Counted from the stretch's first letter, positions 48,804 through 57,893 are shown. The stretch: 64,000 bases of DNA from Polyangiaceae bacterium (GCA_965222375.1 CBDCTZ010000016.1:2240001-2304000); one strand, 5' to 3'. The notes: generated by a model not told the origin, from the sequence alone. A program made the numbers and translations.

Positions 48804-48992
48804 CGTTTCATCCTCGCATCTCCGGGCATCTGACGGGAATTTCTGGCGCTAGGGCAGGGTTGACTACGTTCCGGCGCTGCTTAACTTGAGAAGACGTTCG
48901 ACACGCCGGTTGGGTCAGTCTCGCCGGCACCGAACCGGATACCACTTTGGATGCGCTGGGCCGTAGCTGCCCCCGCGCAAAAGGAGGCGACC

Positions 48993-49415
48993 ATGTTGAG
49001 CCTATGGAATGGTTTCGATGACCTATTGCGATTTGACGATGTGTTTCGAGGAATGGCACCTAAGGGCAACCAGGACAAGCCCTCCTTCGTGCCATTGGTG
49101 GACATCAAGGAAGACGAGCAGGCCTACAAGATCAGTGCAGAGCTGCCGGGGATGAAGGTCGAAGACGTCGACGTTCAGGTAGACGGCAACGTGCTGACGA
49201 TCTCCGGTGAGCGGACATTCGAGAAAGAGAAGGAAGGCGAGGGTTACCACCGCGTCGAGCGACGCTACGGTTCCTTCAGCCGTCGCTTCTTCCTCCCGGA
49301 CTCCGTAGACGGCACGAAGACCGAGGCGAAGATGCGGGATGGTCTGCTGGGGATCTGGGTTCCCAAGGCCGCGGTGGCCAAGGCTCGCAAGATTGCGGTC
49401 AAGGCCGCCGACTGA
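48993..49415 (+). CDS. Hsp20/alpha-crystallin small heat shock protein
   Basis: AAGGAGG RBS; PLVDIKE, AELPGM, ISGER, ERRYGSFSR, DGLL. Confidence 0.95.
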   Translation: MLSLWNGFDDLLRFDDVFRGMAPKGNQDKPSFVPLVDIKEDEQAYKISAELPGMKVEDVDVQVDGNVLTISGERTFEKEKEGEGYHRVERRYGSFSRRFFLPDSVDGTKTEAKMRDGLLGIWVPKAAVAKARKIAVKAAD

Positions 49416-49661
49416 CCTGGTGGACCGGCTGGCCCGACCGGATTCGGTCTTGTGCGCCCGTCCAGCCGACAAAACGTGCTTCGTTTCAGCGCAAAGGGCT
49501 GCTCCAGGGCTGGCACGCGGAGTGCTCCATTGGGAGCCTGTAGGAAAAAACTCCTACCCCAAAAGTGGAGGGAGGAAACCGTCCCGCGTACGTAGAAGGC
49601 ATGGCAAGGCGAGGGGAGCTGGGTACGAGCCTCCAGAACGAACTCAGCGAGCCACGCCGCG

Positions 49662-49709
49662 ACAGAAAACACCCCGGGCTCCATAGGCCCACCATTGGAG
49701 CCCGGGGTG
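49662..49709 (-). terminator. Terminator-like hairpin with no upstream minus-strand CDS nearby
   Basis: Perfect 14-bp stem CACCCCGGGCTCCA/TGGAGCCCGGGGTG followed by TTTTCTGT on the minus strand. Confidence 0.55.
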
Positions 49710-49858
49710 AGTCGCACTCCTGCGTGACTGAGACGATAGCGCGTGCAGAAGCGCACTGTCGCTGAGGGGTTGAGCAGCGGCTTTTGCCGGTATTTGGGAA
49801 GCCGACCCCCTCCATCGCGTAAGATGGGGACAGCGGTCTTCGCTTGCGAGGGTACAGA

Positions 49859-50806
49859 GTGAAACACTCAAATAGTCGATTCCGGTGGGGCGTGGTGGTG
49901 CTGGGGGCCAGCCTTGGGCTGGTGGCCGGCCCGGCGGCCGCTCAGCCGACGCAGATTCAAGTCAGGGCGGGCTCGACCAACGGCTGGGCAAGAAAGGCCC
50001 CTAGTGTCGAAAGCGCCGTCCGTGCCGGCAAGCCCATCGTGGTCGAGGTTTTCATTCCGCTTTGCTCGGATGAAAAAGGGGGCAAGTGCGGAAAGCACAA
50101 GGGGGCGGGGGACCCCGCCAACTTGGAGGACAACCTGTACTGGGGTGCGGTTTGGGGAGCGCGCCGCTATTTAGCCCGCCACTGGCTGGGCTGGAAGAAG
50201 ATAGAACAGACCGCAGGTAGCGGATCCGTGTTGGAACGCGTGGTAGTCACTCGGCAGGCTAGCGGTTCACGTTGGGGGATCACAGATGGTGTCGAGCAGA
50301 TCGTCGTCATGCATGGTTACAACGGCGACGCCGGCAAGGAGGCGATGGACCGTTTCAGAAGCCGCGCCACCGGCGGCGGTTCTGTGAGCTTTGACCGGGG
50401 TCAGCGCTCGGAAACGGTCTCTGTGGTCGGGTTCATGGGTCGCAATCCACTCTTGAAGAACGGGAAGATCCCCCGGAAAGTGGACCTGCCGGTGGCCAGT
50501 GCCAGCGCGGGTGCCATTCCCAGCTTCACGATCGCCGCGCATTCTCGCGAGACCATCGTGCCATGGCTGTACATTAGTGGTTCGCCGATCCTAATCGCTC
50601 CCCGCGGACCAGTGGCATCCGAGGCCTACGTGCTCGACAAGGTGCTCAAAGGCATCGGCAACAACCACAGCACATGGGAAATCTGGAAGCAGGTCGCCAA
50701 GACGTACATGAAGTACCAGAAGGTCCCCAAGAAGTTAGCTGAAGTCTACTGGGCGCCTTATCTGCCGAAGGTCTCGAGTTGGGCGAAGAAGCCGCCCCGA
50801 CGTTAG
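49859..50806 (+). CDS. Secreted hypothetical protein
   Basis: Signal peptide ending AAA-Q; VFIPLC...NLYWGAVWG, EAYVL; host-like codon bias. Confidence 0.8.
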   Translation: MKHSNSRFRWGVVVLGASLGLVAGPAAAQPTQIQVRAGSTNGWARKAPSVESAVRAGKPIVVEVFIPLCSDEKGGKCGKHKGAGDPANLEDNLYWGAVWGARRYLARHWLGWKKIEQTAGSGSVLERVVVTRQASGSRWGITDGVEQIVVMHGYNGDAGKEAMDRFRSRATGGGSVSFDRGQRSETVSVVGFMGRNPLLKNGKIPRKVDLPVASASAGAIPSFTIAAHSRETIVPWLYISGSPILIAPRGPVASEAYVLDKVLKGIGNNHSTWEIWKQVAKTYMKYQKVPKKLAEVYWAPYLPKVSSWAKKPPRR

Positions 50807-50929
50807 CTTCCGCCGCGTGGGCACTGAAGCGTCGGTGCCCCAGCCACCAGCTTCACTCGCCGTAGGCATAGAGGGTCGCAGAGACCCGCCAGCTGCCTCC
50901 GTCGGCGACGTCCGCGATCTTCCAACGAC

Positions 50930-51129
50930 CGAGTGGAAGTTCTTGCCCTTGCTGTCACTACCGATGCGCGCGCGGTCCAGGATGGTCACTTCGTAGGGCG
51001 ACGCAAACGTGTCGGTCGCGACGTCGGCGCCCGCATCCCCGGTACCGCCTGAGTCCACCCTCGGTGTGCCGGTGGCTCGCTGGAGCTGCAAGCTGCCAAC
51101 AACGGCACCAACAGCCACGAGGGATTCAT
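50930..51129 (-). pseudogene. Frameshifted 5' remnant of a lipoprotein gene
   Basis: MNPSWLLVPLLAAC lipoprotein signal in one frame; DSGGTGDAGADVATD...PYEVTILDRARIGSDS in another frame. Confidence 0.4.
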
Positions 51130-51295
51130 CGGCGCAGGGATCCCTTAACCCTAGCGGGTTTTTTGGCGTTCCCAGCATGCTGGGTAGGGCAGGGTAGGGA
51201 AGGTTCCTACCCCCTGGTCCGTACAGAAAGGCGCGGAAGCTACGGCGGCCTTTTGAAGCGTAGCCAATACTATCGAGCACTTGGGAGTTTGCGGG

Positions 51296-51634
51296 ATGAC
51301 TGACTGGACCCTTGCCGACCCGTCGATGCGCTGGGCGTCCGAGCGTCGGAACCACCGCAGGGTTCCTGTCGAGGCGCAGGCCGCCATCGGTGAGGGGGAT
51401 TCGGTGGCCCAGGTTTCTTGCGTCGATCTATCCGTCGGCGGCTTGCTTCTCGATAGTGCTGCGCCGCCAGCTTTGGGCCAGCGCGTTGCGATCGAGCTCA
51501 CTTTGGATGCGACGACGTCTGTGAAAACCGAGGCCGAGGTGGTTCGCTGCGAAGGCACTCGAATAGGTCTCAGGTTCTTGCGCCTGGAGCCAAGCGCGCT
51601 CGGAGCGCTGCTCGAGAAGATCACCGCGCCTTGA
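51296..51634 (+). CDS. Single-domain PilZ protein (c-di-GMP receptor)
   Basis: ERRNHRR (RxxxR), DLSVGG (DxSxxG), AEVVR...IGLRF. Confidence 0.9.
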   Translation: MTDWTLADPSMRWASERRNHRRVPVEAQAAIGEGDSVAQVSCVDLSVGGLLLDSAAPPALGQRVAIELTLDATTSVKTEAEVVRCEGTRIGLRFLRLEPSALGALLEKITAP

Positions 51635-51665
51635 ATTGCTGTCGGGCTCGCCTTAGGACTGAGGC

Positions 51666-52832
51666 GTGCGCATTCGTTTCGCGGAACCCGGAGACGAAGA
51701 GGAGGCAGCCCGCCGCCAGCTATTCGACCAAGTAGAGCAGTGCGTCGAGCGGCTGTGTGAGCAGACGTCCGAGATTTCCAGGGGCCGGTTGAGCACGGAG
51801 TTGTGCGAAACGTTCCTCGCGCTGGAGTCTCGCCTAGCCCTCTCTCTGGCGGACGGTCGCGACGGTCAGAAGCGCCTTTGTGTGTCTGCCCGTGGATCGC
51901 GGGAGCTCGATCTCCTCGTCGACTTGCTAGCCAGCAAGGCTCGCGCGGCGGGGACGGCGCTGCAGAGCTATGCCGCTCCCATGGGCACGGGCGAAGCCCT
52001 GAGACGCGTGCACGAAGACACGGGCCTCGACCTTCAGCAGGCCCGCGTGCGGGTCGGATTCGGGCGGGGACACCTTTTGGATGTGCTCGTGCTGGCTCCG
52101 GCCTTTCCTGGCGCCGAGGATGAGGTGAGCTTGAACGCCTCCGAGGTTCTGGTCGAGGGAATTCTCGGGGAGCGGGTGTTGGACCATTGGGTGCGCGACA
52201 TCAGCTGCGCCCCTCTGTCGAGAGGCGGACCCTTGAAGTTGATCCAGGCCGGGCCCGTCCAGCCCGAGACCTTGCCCTTGGTTGAGCTTTCGCCGGCCGT
52301 GAGCGCGGCCATCGAGGGGCTGGTGGCGGGCCTTCCGGACGCGCCTTGGTCAAAGCAACCCAGGACTACGGGGTGGACGATGTTCGAGGTGGAGCCCGAA
52401 CTAGCCAGTGACTATCGACACCAGGATGATCTCGCCGTAGCCACCACCATTGCGCCCGAAATGCTCAAGTGCTTCCTGGAGCGGGCGCCGTTTTCCTCGC
52501 TCAGGTTTTCCCGGCACGGGGAGATGTTTGCGTACTTGAAGGTAGAGGCGACCGGAGAATCTGTCGCGCGGCTGGCGCAGCGTCAGGTATTCGAAGATGC
52601 CCTAGGGGATGTGCTTGGCCCTGGGATTGGTTGTGTGGTTGGTAACGGTCTTGGAATTCGATACTTCTATCTGGATCTCGCCTTGGAAGACGTGACGAAG
52701 GCGCTACCCATCCTTCGTGGGACCTGCAGCGAGCTTCTGAACACCCGCCGTGCCTGGTTACTGTTCTGCGATAGCGCCTATGCCAACGAATGGGTCGGGA
52801 TGCTTCCTGACACGCCGCCGCCACCAGCGTGA
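51666..52832 (+). CDS. Hypothetical protein
   Basis: 388-aa ORF; C-terminal GCVVGNGLGIRYFYLDLAL...WLLFCDS...EWVG. Confidence 0.75.
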   Translation: MRIRFAEPGDEEEAARRQLFDQVEQCVERLCEQTSEISRGRLSTELCETFLALESRLALSLADGRDGQKRLCVSARGSRELDLLVDLLASKARAAGTALQSYAAPMGTGEALRRVHEDTGLDLQQARVRVGFGRGHLLDVLVLAPAFPGAEDEVSLNASEVLVEGILGERVLDHWVRDISCAPLSRGGPLKLIQAGPVQPETLPLVELSPAVSAAIEGLVAGLPDAPWSKQPRTTGWTMFEVEPELASDYRHQDDLAVATTIAPEMLKCFLERAPFSSLRFSRHGEMFAYLKVEATGESVARLAQRQVFEDALGDVLGPGIGCVVGNGLGIRYFYLDLALEDVTKALPILRGTCSELLNTRRAWLLFCDSAYANEWVGMLPDTPPPPA

Positions 52833-52836
52833 GCCC

Positions 52837-53886
52837 CTACGGCTCACGAGGGCAGGTGGCATCCAGGGCCCTTGCCAAGGCATCCATTTCCCGAATGTCC
52901 GATAGCCGCTGCAAGGCATCGCGCACTTTGTCGATGGTTGGCCCTACGAAGGGAAGGAAGTGGGGGTTGCCTCGTTCTTTCTCGATGAAAACGAAGCGCC
53001 CTGCATCCTTGAGCTTCCGCTGCACCGTCACCAAATCGAACTCTCGCCCGACCGAGCGACGGCCGTCGGTATCCAGTCCCGCCTGGCGCGCGTACTCATC
53101 CAGACGCTCTTCTACGAAGCTACGAGTGAAGCTCTGATAGCTGTCACTGAGAAGTGCCACCAAGTCGTAGACACGGGGACCGAGGAGGGCGTCCTGGAAG
53201 TCGATCCAAATCAGTTCGGCTCCAGCCGCTCCGGAGCGAACCATTAGATTTCGGCTTTGGTAGTCGCGATGCACGAAGTACCGCGGGAAGCTCGATATGG
53301 TTTCTGCGAGATAGTCGCGAGCGGTCGAAAACACCGAATCCTGCTCGGCGTCCAGCTGCGTGCCGCGAGCTTCAAGCGCCCACTCTCGAAAGTGGTCGAC
53401 CTCCCAGCGCAACAAGTCTTCATCAAAAGCGCGGCTGCGCACGACGCTGTCTTCCGGCAGTGGTTCCAGGGCTTGTTGGGCTCGCGCCAAGTCCCGAACG
53501 GCGCTCTGGTACAATGAGACTCGCTGGTCTGGAAACTGCTGCAGATAGTTGGCTAGGGTGTCGTCACCTAGGTCCTCGACCAGAATGAAGCCCTCGTCAC
53601 AGGCCTGGCCCAAGAGGTCGGGGACGCGCACGCCTCGTTCTTCGAGCAGCTGTCGTACTTCCAGGAAAGGCCATACCTTGCGCTTGCCCCCGGACTTGTC
53701 GATTTCGTCGGAACGATTCGCATCCGGCACGAACATGGCGATGGCGGCGCTCCCAGACGGCAGCTTCACACGAAAAAATTGCCGCGTTGATGCCCCGCCG
53801 GGCATTGGGTCGATGGCAACGGAGCCTGCGGATGCGCCGGCCATTTTCAGGACAATGGCCTCGAGTTGGTCTAACGGTGCGCTCAT
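52837..53886 (-). CDS. Aminoglycoside phosphotransferase-fold kinase, AmgK (MurNAc/GlcNAc anomeric kinase)-like
   Basis: GGASTRQFFR, LVEDLGD, HRDYQSRNLM, IDFQDALLGP, YDLVALL. Confidence 0.85.
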   Translation of the reverse strand: MSAPLDQLEAIVLKMAGASAGSVAIDPMPGGASTRQFFRVKLPSGSAAIAMFVPDANRSDEIDKSGGKRKVWPFLEVRQLLEERGVRVPDLLGQACDEGFILVEDLGDDTLANYLQQFPDQRVSLYQSAVRDLARAQQALEPLPEDSVVRSRAFDEDLLRWEVDHFREWALEARGTQLDAEQDSVFSTARDYLAETISSFPRYFVHRDYQSRNLMVRSGAAGAELIWIDFQDALLGPRVYDLVALLSDSYQSFTRSFVEERLDEYARQAGLDTDGRRSVGREFDLVTVQRKLKDAGRFVFIEKERGNPHFLPFVGPTIDKVRDALQRLSDIREMDALARALDATCPREP

Positions 53887-53948
53887 CGGTCGATTCTGGG
53901 CACTGCTTCTACCCCGATGCGGTTGGCTGCGGTAGACGATTTGCGTCG

Positions 53949-54602
53949 ATGAGCCTGCAACCCATAGGCGACGCCTGGACTCCGCTTCTGACGCGTGCTG
54001 CAGAGATTTTGTGTAGCGAGACCGGTTTGGCGCTCCCCAATGCTGTGGATTGGTCCCGCTTCGCGCGTCTGCTCGATCGCGTCGCCACTTGGACCTCCCG
54101 TGTCGATCTCACGGCTGCCCGCGGCGCCGAGTCCCTTGTGGATATCTACTTGGTGGATGCGCTACTGCTGGCAGCTCTGCTGCCGAGGGACTGTGGACGC
54201 GTGGTCGATGTGGGCAGCGGTGGGGGAGCCCCAGGCCTATGCGCAGCACTTCTGCGTCCGGAGTTGCGCATCACTCTGCTGGAACCGAGAGCGAAGCGAG
54301 TGGCCTTTCTGCGCACAAGTGCCGAGGAGCTCGGCTGCAAGAACGTGGAGGTTCGTCGCGGTCGCAGTGAAGATGTTGCAAACGGCGCATTCGACGTGGC
54401 GCTGAGCCGGGCGACCTTTGGGCCCGAGGAGTGGTTGCGGGAGGGTGCTCGAATCGCGAACCACGTCGTCTGGGTCTTCCTGGCTGGTGCGGAGCCGCCG
54501 TCCTTGCCTGGCTGGCGCGTCACGAAGGACGTCGACTACCGTCAACCCTTCAGCAGTGCGCAACGTCGAACGCTGTGCTTCTCGAGGGAAGATGACTCCT
54601 AG
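53949..54602 (+). CDS. rsmG: 16S rRNA m7G527 methyltransferase RsmG (GidB)
   Basis: VDLTA, VDVGSGGGAPG, LLEPRAKRVAFL, SRAT. Confidence 0.88.
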   Translation: MSLQPIGDAWTPLLTRAAEILCSETGLALPNAVDWSRFARLLDRVATWTSRVDLTAARGAESLVDIYLVDALLLAALLPRDCGRVVDVGSGGGAPGLCAALLRPELRITLLEPRAKRVAFLRTSAEELGCKNVEVRRGRSEDVANGAFDVALSRATFGPEEWLREGARIANHVVWVFLAGAEPPSLPGWRVTKDVDYRQPFSSAQRRTLCFSREDDS

Positions 54603-55041
54603 TCCGGACTCAGTGGTCCACGGGCGACTTTGCCTGGAGCGCCGTCGAGGGTTGGAGGATGGCGTCCCGGATGACGATGCTGAAACCGGGCTGATTCCGA
54701 AGGATGCAGAGGAGATCTGCTGTCGGTCCTGCGGCGCCTCGATCACCACCGACGCTCATCTGTTTTCACCGGACCCGTCCGGCCCCGAGTACGTTTTCGA
54801 GAACCCCGCGGGCGTGATCTGTGAGATCACATGTTTCGGGGCGTGTTGGGGGTTGAGGTTCCTTGGGGGGGCGGAGCAGGCGCACACCTGGTTTTTGGGC
54901 TTCTCGTGGCGCATTGCATCGTGCGAAGCCTGCTCGATCCATCTGGGCTGGCGCTTCGAGGCCGACGGTGCGCAAGATCCCCCCTGGTTTTTCGGCCTTC
55001 TGACCGGGAAGCTGGCCAGGCGGGGCGCCGCCAGCCCCTGA
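54592..55041 (+). CDS. Cereblon-like CULT (thalidomide-binding) domain protein
   Basis: CRSC...FENPAG...HTWFLGFSW...CEAC..HLGWRF...FFGL. Confidence 0.9.
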   Translation: MTPSPDSVVHGRLCLERRRGLEDGVPDDDAETGLIPKDAEEICCRSCGASITTDAHLFSPDPSGPEYVFENPAGVICEITCFGACWGLRFLGGAEQAHTWFLGFSWRIASCEACSIHLGWRFEADGAQDPPWFFGLLTGKLARRGAASP

Positions 55042-55295
55042 CCGGGGAGGGATCTCGCGACGGGCGCGTAGGATTCTGAGTGCCTGGGACCTGCCACGAC
55101 GCACCTGGACCCAAGGCGTCGCGGCTCTAGCCGGTCGTGGCCGTCTTTTCCCGGCTTTTTCGGCCTGGCATGGGCGCTGCATCGACATGGCTTGCGAGCC
55201 GGTCGTCAAAACTTCGGACAAAGACAACCAAATCGCTGAATCTGACGATAATCAACTCCGTCCAATTTCGGTCTCGCCAAAGGAGCCCTCCGATC

Positions 55296-55841
55296 ATGAA
55301 GCGCAGCTTTCTCATTGCATCCGCACTTGTACTTGGTCTTGCCGTTCCCATGGCGGCGTCCGCGAAGTTCGAAGATGCGGGGGATGAAGACGTGCGCTTC
55401 CTCGCGTTGGGTCCGGCAGGGATGAAGATCAACGGTAAGGCTTCTGACCTCTCCGCGAAGGAGTCGGGTGGGAAGCTCAAGATCTCGGTGCCCGTCAATG
55501 ACTTGAAGACCGGCATTGGCCTGCGCGACAAGCACCTCAAGAAGTACATCAAGGCCGGCAAGAACAAGCGCGCGGTGCTCGTGGTGGAGCGCAGCAGGCT
55601 CAAGCTGCCCGGTGACAAGAAGACCGTAAAGGGGAGTGCCACGGGCAAGCTCAAGCTCGCCGGCGTGACCAAACCGCTGAGGTTCACCTACAAGGCAAAG
55701 CGCACGGGCAGCGACTATCATGTGCAGGGGCGCGCGACCGTCGACATCCGCAAGCACAATATCGAAGTGCCCTGCTACCTCGGGGTCTGCGTTAAGCCCA
55801 AGGTGAAGCTGAAGGTCAAGTTCAAGCTTCGCGACAACTAA
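55296..55841 (+). CDS. yceI: YceI family polyisoprenoid-binding periplasmic protein
   Basis: AAGGAG RBS; signal peptide; LKTGIGLRDKHL, GKLKLAGVTKP. Confidence 0.88.
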   Translation: MKRSFLIASALVLGLAVPMAASAKFEDAGDEDVRFLALGPAGMKINGKASDLSAKESGGKLKISVPVNDLKTGIGLRDKHLKKYIKAGKNKRAVLVVERSRLKLPGDKKTVKGSATGKLKLAGVTKPLRFTYKAKRTGSDYHVQGRATVDIRKHNIEVPCYLGVCVKPKVKLKVKFKLRDN

Positions 55842-55909
55842 GGCCTGAACTCACGTCGATACCAGCAAGTATTTGACGCGACAGCAGTTGTGGTGAAAAA
55901 GTCGGGGCA

Positions 55910-57394
55910 ATGAGTTCCCGCCGCTTGGCCCCAAGCATTGCTCGCCTAGGGCCCATGCTTGCCGCTTTGACAGCCTTTGCGGCACTGGTCGTCTGGGCCG
56001 AACCTGCCAGCGCATATTCCTGGATGATCCGCCACGGGTACGGCGGCTGCAACGTGTGCCACGCGGATCCGTCCGGCGGCGAACTGCTGACCGCCTACGG
56101 GCGCACCCAAGGCGATCTGATTCTGCGAATGCGTTACGGATCCGATAGCGATTCCGCCGCCTCCAGCGCCACTGAGTCGGAGAGCACGGATTCCTTCGAC
56201 GACTTCGATGACTTCGACGATGAACCGAAGGGCAAAGAGGCCGGCGATGACGACCTGAAGAAGTCCAAGAAGGGCAAGAAAGCGCGCCGGGAAGACGACG
56301 TGGAGGATCTTGACTCCGCAGATGCGGCAGACGAGGCGTCCAAGAAGAAGAAGGAGAAGAAAAAGAAAGCGGACGAAGAAGAGGACGAGGACGTAGACGA
56401 CGGTTCAGGCAATAGCTTCCTGTGGGGCTTGATCGGGCTGCCTGACTCTCTATTGTTGGGCGGAAGCTATCGGCACGTCAGCTTGCTCAAAGGTGGAGAG
56501 TTTCGGAACTTCCCGATGCAGGCAGATCTGTACGGGCAGTTGACCGTCGGGAGTATTCGTTTCGGCGGCAGCATCGGCGCCGCTCGCGTTCCGGCTGGCT
56601 CACCTCACGCTCGTGGCGCACAGGTGACAGCCAACCAAGGAGAGGAATTCAACGTCATCTCCCGCACACACTGGATTGGCTACGACTTCGGTAGCAGTCG
56701 CCAGGTAACCCTGCGGGCTGGAAGGTTGAATCTGCCCTTCGGGGTTCGCATCCCGGAGCACGTGATGTGGGTGCGGGAGGCAACGCGCACGGACCGGGAG
56801 AGCGACCAGCATCACGGCGCTGCGATCTCCTACAATGGTTCGCTTTTTCGCGGCGAAGCGATGTTTGTTGCGGGCAACTACCAGGTGAATCCCGATCGCT
56901 ATCGGGAGCGGGGCTACAGCCTATACGTCGAGACCCTCGTAACCGAGCCCTTCGCGACTGGAGTCAGTAGTCTGATGACTTTCGCAGAGGCCGACGTTCT
57001 CACCCTCGAAGAAGAGTCTACAGCCAGGGGGACCCACGGGATCTTCTTTCGGGTCAAGGTTTCAGAGCCCGTCGTCTTGCTCTTCGAAGCTGATGCACTT
57101 CACAAGTCCCGGCGAGAACTCGGCTATGTGGGTTTTCTTCAGGCGGACTACGAGCCTATTCAGGGTCTGCACTTGGGAGCGACCGGAGAGGTGCTGGACA
57201 AGGGCTATAAGCCCGAAGAAAGCAGTGTGCCCGGCATCGACGTTCCGCGCGTAGCGGGCCTGGGCAAGCCACGACTCGGCGGGTGGCTCACCGTTGATTG
57301 GTTCTTCTTGCCGCAGTTTGAACTACGAGTGGACGCCATCCTTCGTCAAGAAGATCCGTTTCTGCTGATGGGGCAGCTTCATGTCTACCTCTAA
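55910..57394 (+). CDS. N-terminal monoheme cytochrome c fused to an outer-membrane beta-barrel (Cyc2-like architecture)
   Basis: Signal peptide; YSWMIRHGYGGCNVCHADPSGGELLTAYGR; RAGRLNLPFG; amphipathic strands; C-terminus QLHVYL. Confidence 0.72.
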   Translation: MSSRRLAPSIARLGPMLAALTAFAALVVWAEPASAYSWMIRHGYGGCNVCHADPSGGELLTAYGRTQGDLILRMRYGSDSDSAASSATESESTDSFDDFDDFDDEPKGKEAGDDDLKKSKKGKKARREDDVEDLDSADAADEASKKKKEKKKKADEEEDEDVDDGSGNSFLWGLIGLPDSLLLGGSYRHVSLLKGGEFRNFPMQADLYGQLTVGSIRFGGSIGAARVPAGSPHARGAQVTANQGEEFNVISRTHWIGYDFGSSRQVTLRAGRLNLPFGVRIPEHVMWVREATRTDRESDQHHGAAISYNGSLFRGEAMFVAGNYQVNPDRYRERGYSLYVETLVTEPFATGVSSLMTFAEADVLTLEEESTARGTHGIFFRVKVSEPVVLLFEADALHKSRRELGYVGFLQADYEPIQGLHLGATGEVLDKGYKPEESSVPGIDVPRVAGLGKPRLGGWLTVDWFFLPQFELRVDAILRQEDPFLLMGQLHVYL

Positions 57395-57893
57395 GAACAA
57401 GCTTTGGGCGTTTGCGGTCACCATGGGGGCTGCTTGTCTGCTGTTTCCGGCGAAGGCGGTAGCCTCGCCGGGCTACCCGACCGAAATCTTCGACGCCATC
57501 GACATGGATTGTCCCCCGCCTTGTGCGGTCTGCCATCAGGATCAAACTGGTGGTGCCGGCACGGCGACGAAAGTCTTCGCGGATGCGATGGTCAACGAAG
57601 GGCTCGAGGGCGAAAACGACGGTTCGGTCAAGCCTGCCCTCGAAGCGCTGGACGCCGCGGGCACGGACAGTGATGGCGACGGGGTTGGCGACCTCAGCGA
57701 ACTCAAGCAGGGGCGCAATCCGAACATCTCTGGGGATTCGCCCATCTGTGGGCCGCAGTATGGTTGTGGGGCCCGCATCGCGAAGCCGCCCGCCGCCGTG
57801 GACTCCCAGGCCGCTTTGCTCGCGGTGCTCGTTGCCGGGCTCCTAGTGCTCGGCTCCCGTCGTCGTCGGATCAGTCCGTCGAAGCGTCGCTGA
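57381..57893 (+). CDS. Small monoheme cytochrome c with a TSP3-like Ca-binding motif and MYXO-CTERM-type tail
   Basis: Signal peptide; PPPCAVCH; DSDGDGVGDLSEL..G.NPN; YGCG + TM + RRRR. Confidence 0.8.
   Translation: MSTSKNKLWAFAVTMGAACLLFPAKAVASPGYPTEIFDAIDMDCPPPCAVCHQDQTGGAGTATKVFADAMVNEGLEGENDGSVKPALEALDAAGTDSDGDGVGDLSELKQGRNPNISGDSPICGPQYGCGARIAKPPAAVDSQAALLAVLVAGLLVLGSRRRRISPSKRR

Noticed and set aside
48855..48900. CIRCE or HAIR heat-shock operator upstream of hsp20
   Set aside because: Only a CTTGAG half-site with no matching inverted arm; a TTGACT-N16-TAACTT promoter is possible but unproven.
49416..49850. tmRNA, RNase P, SRP or tRNA in the structured intergenic regions
   Set aside because: Hallmark motifs (T-loop plus CCA end, GAGGAAAGUCC, SRP GGAAGGAAGCAG) were not found here or at 17261-18016.
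52837..53886. Antibiotic-resistance phosphotransferase
   Set aside because: Motifs fit the AmgK-like sugar kinase subfamily better; no mobile-element context.
55235..55260. Fur-box-like TGACGATAATCAAC upstream of yceI
   Set aside because: Only about 9 of 14 positions match the 7-1-7 consensus; too weak to call.
55910..57394. Calling this a bona fide iron oxidase cyc2
   Set aside because: The architecture matches but the motif is divergent and function cannot be shown from sequence; no gene symbol assigned.
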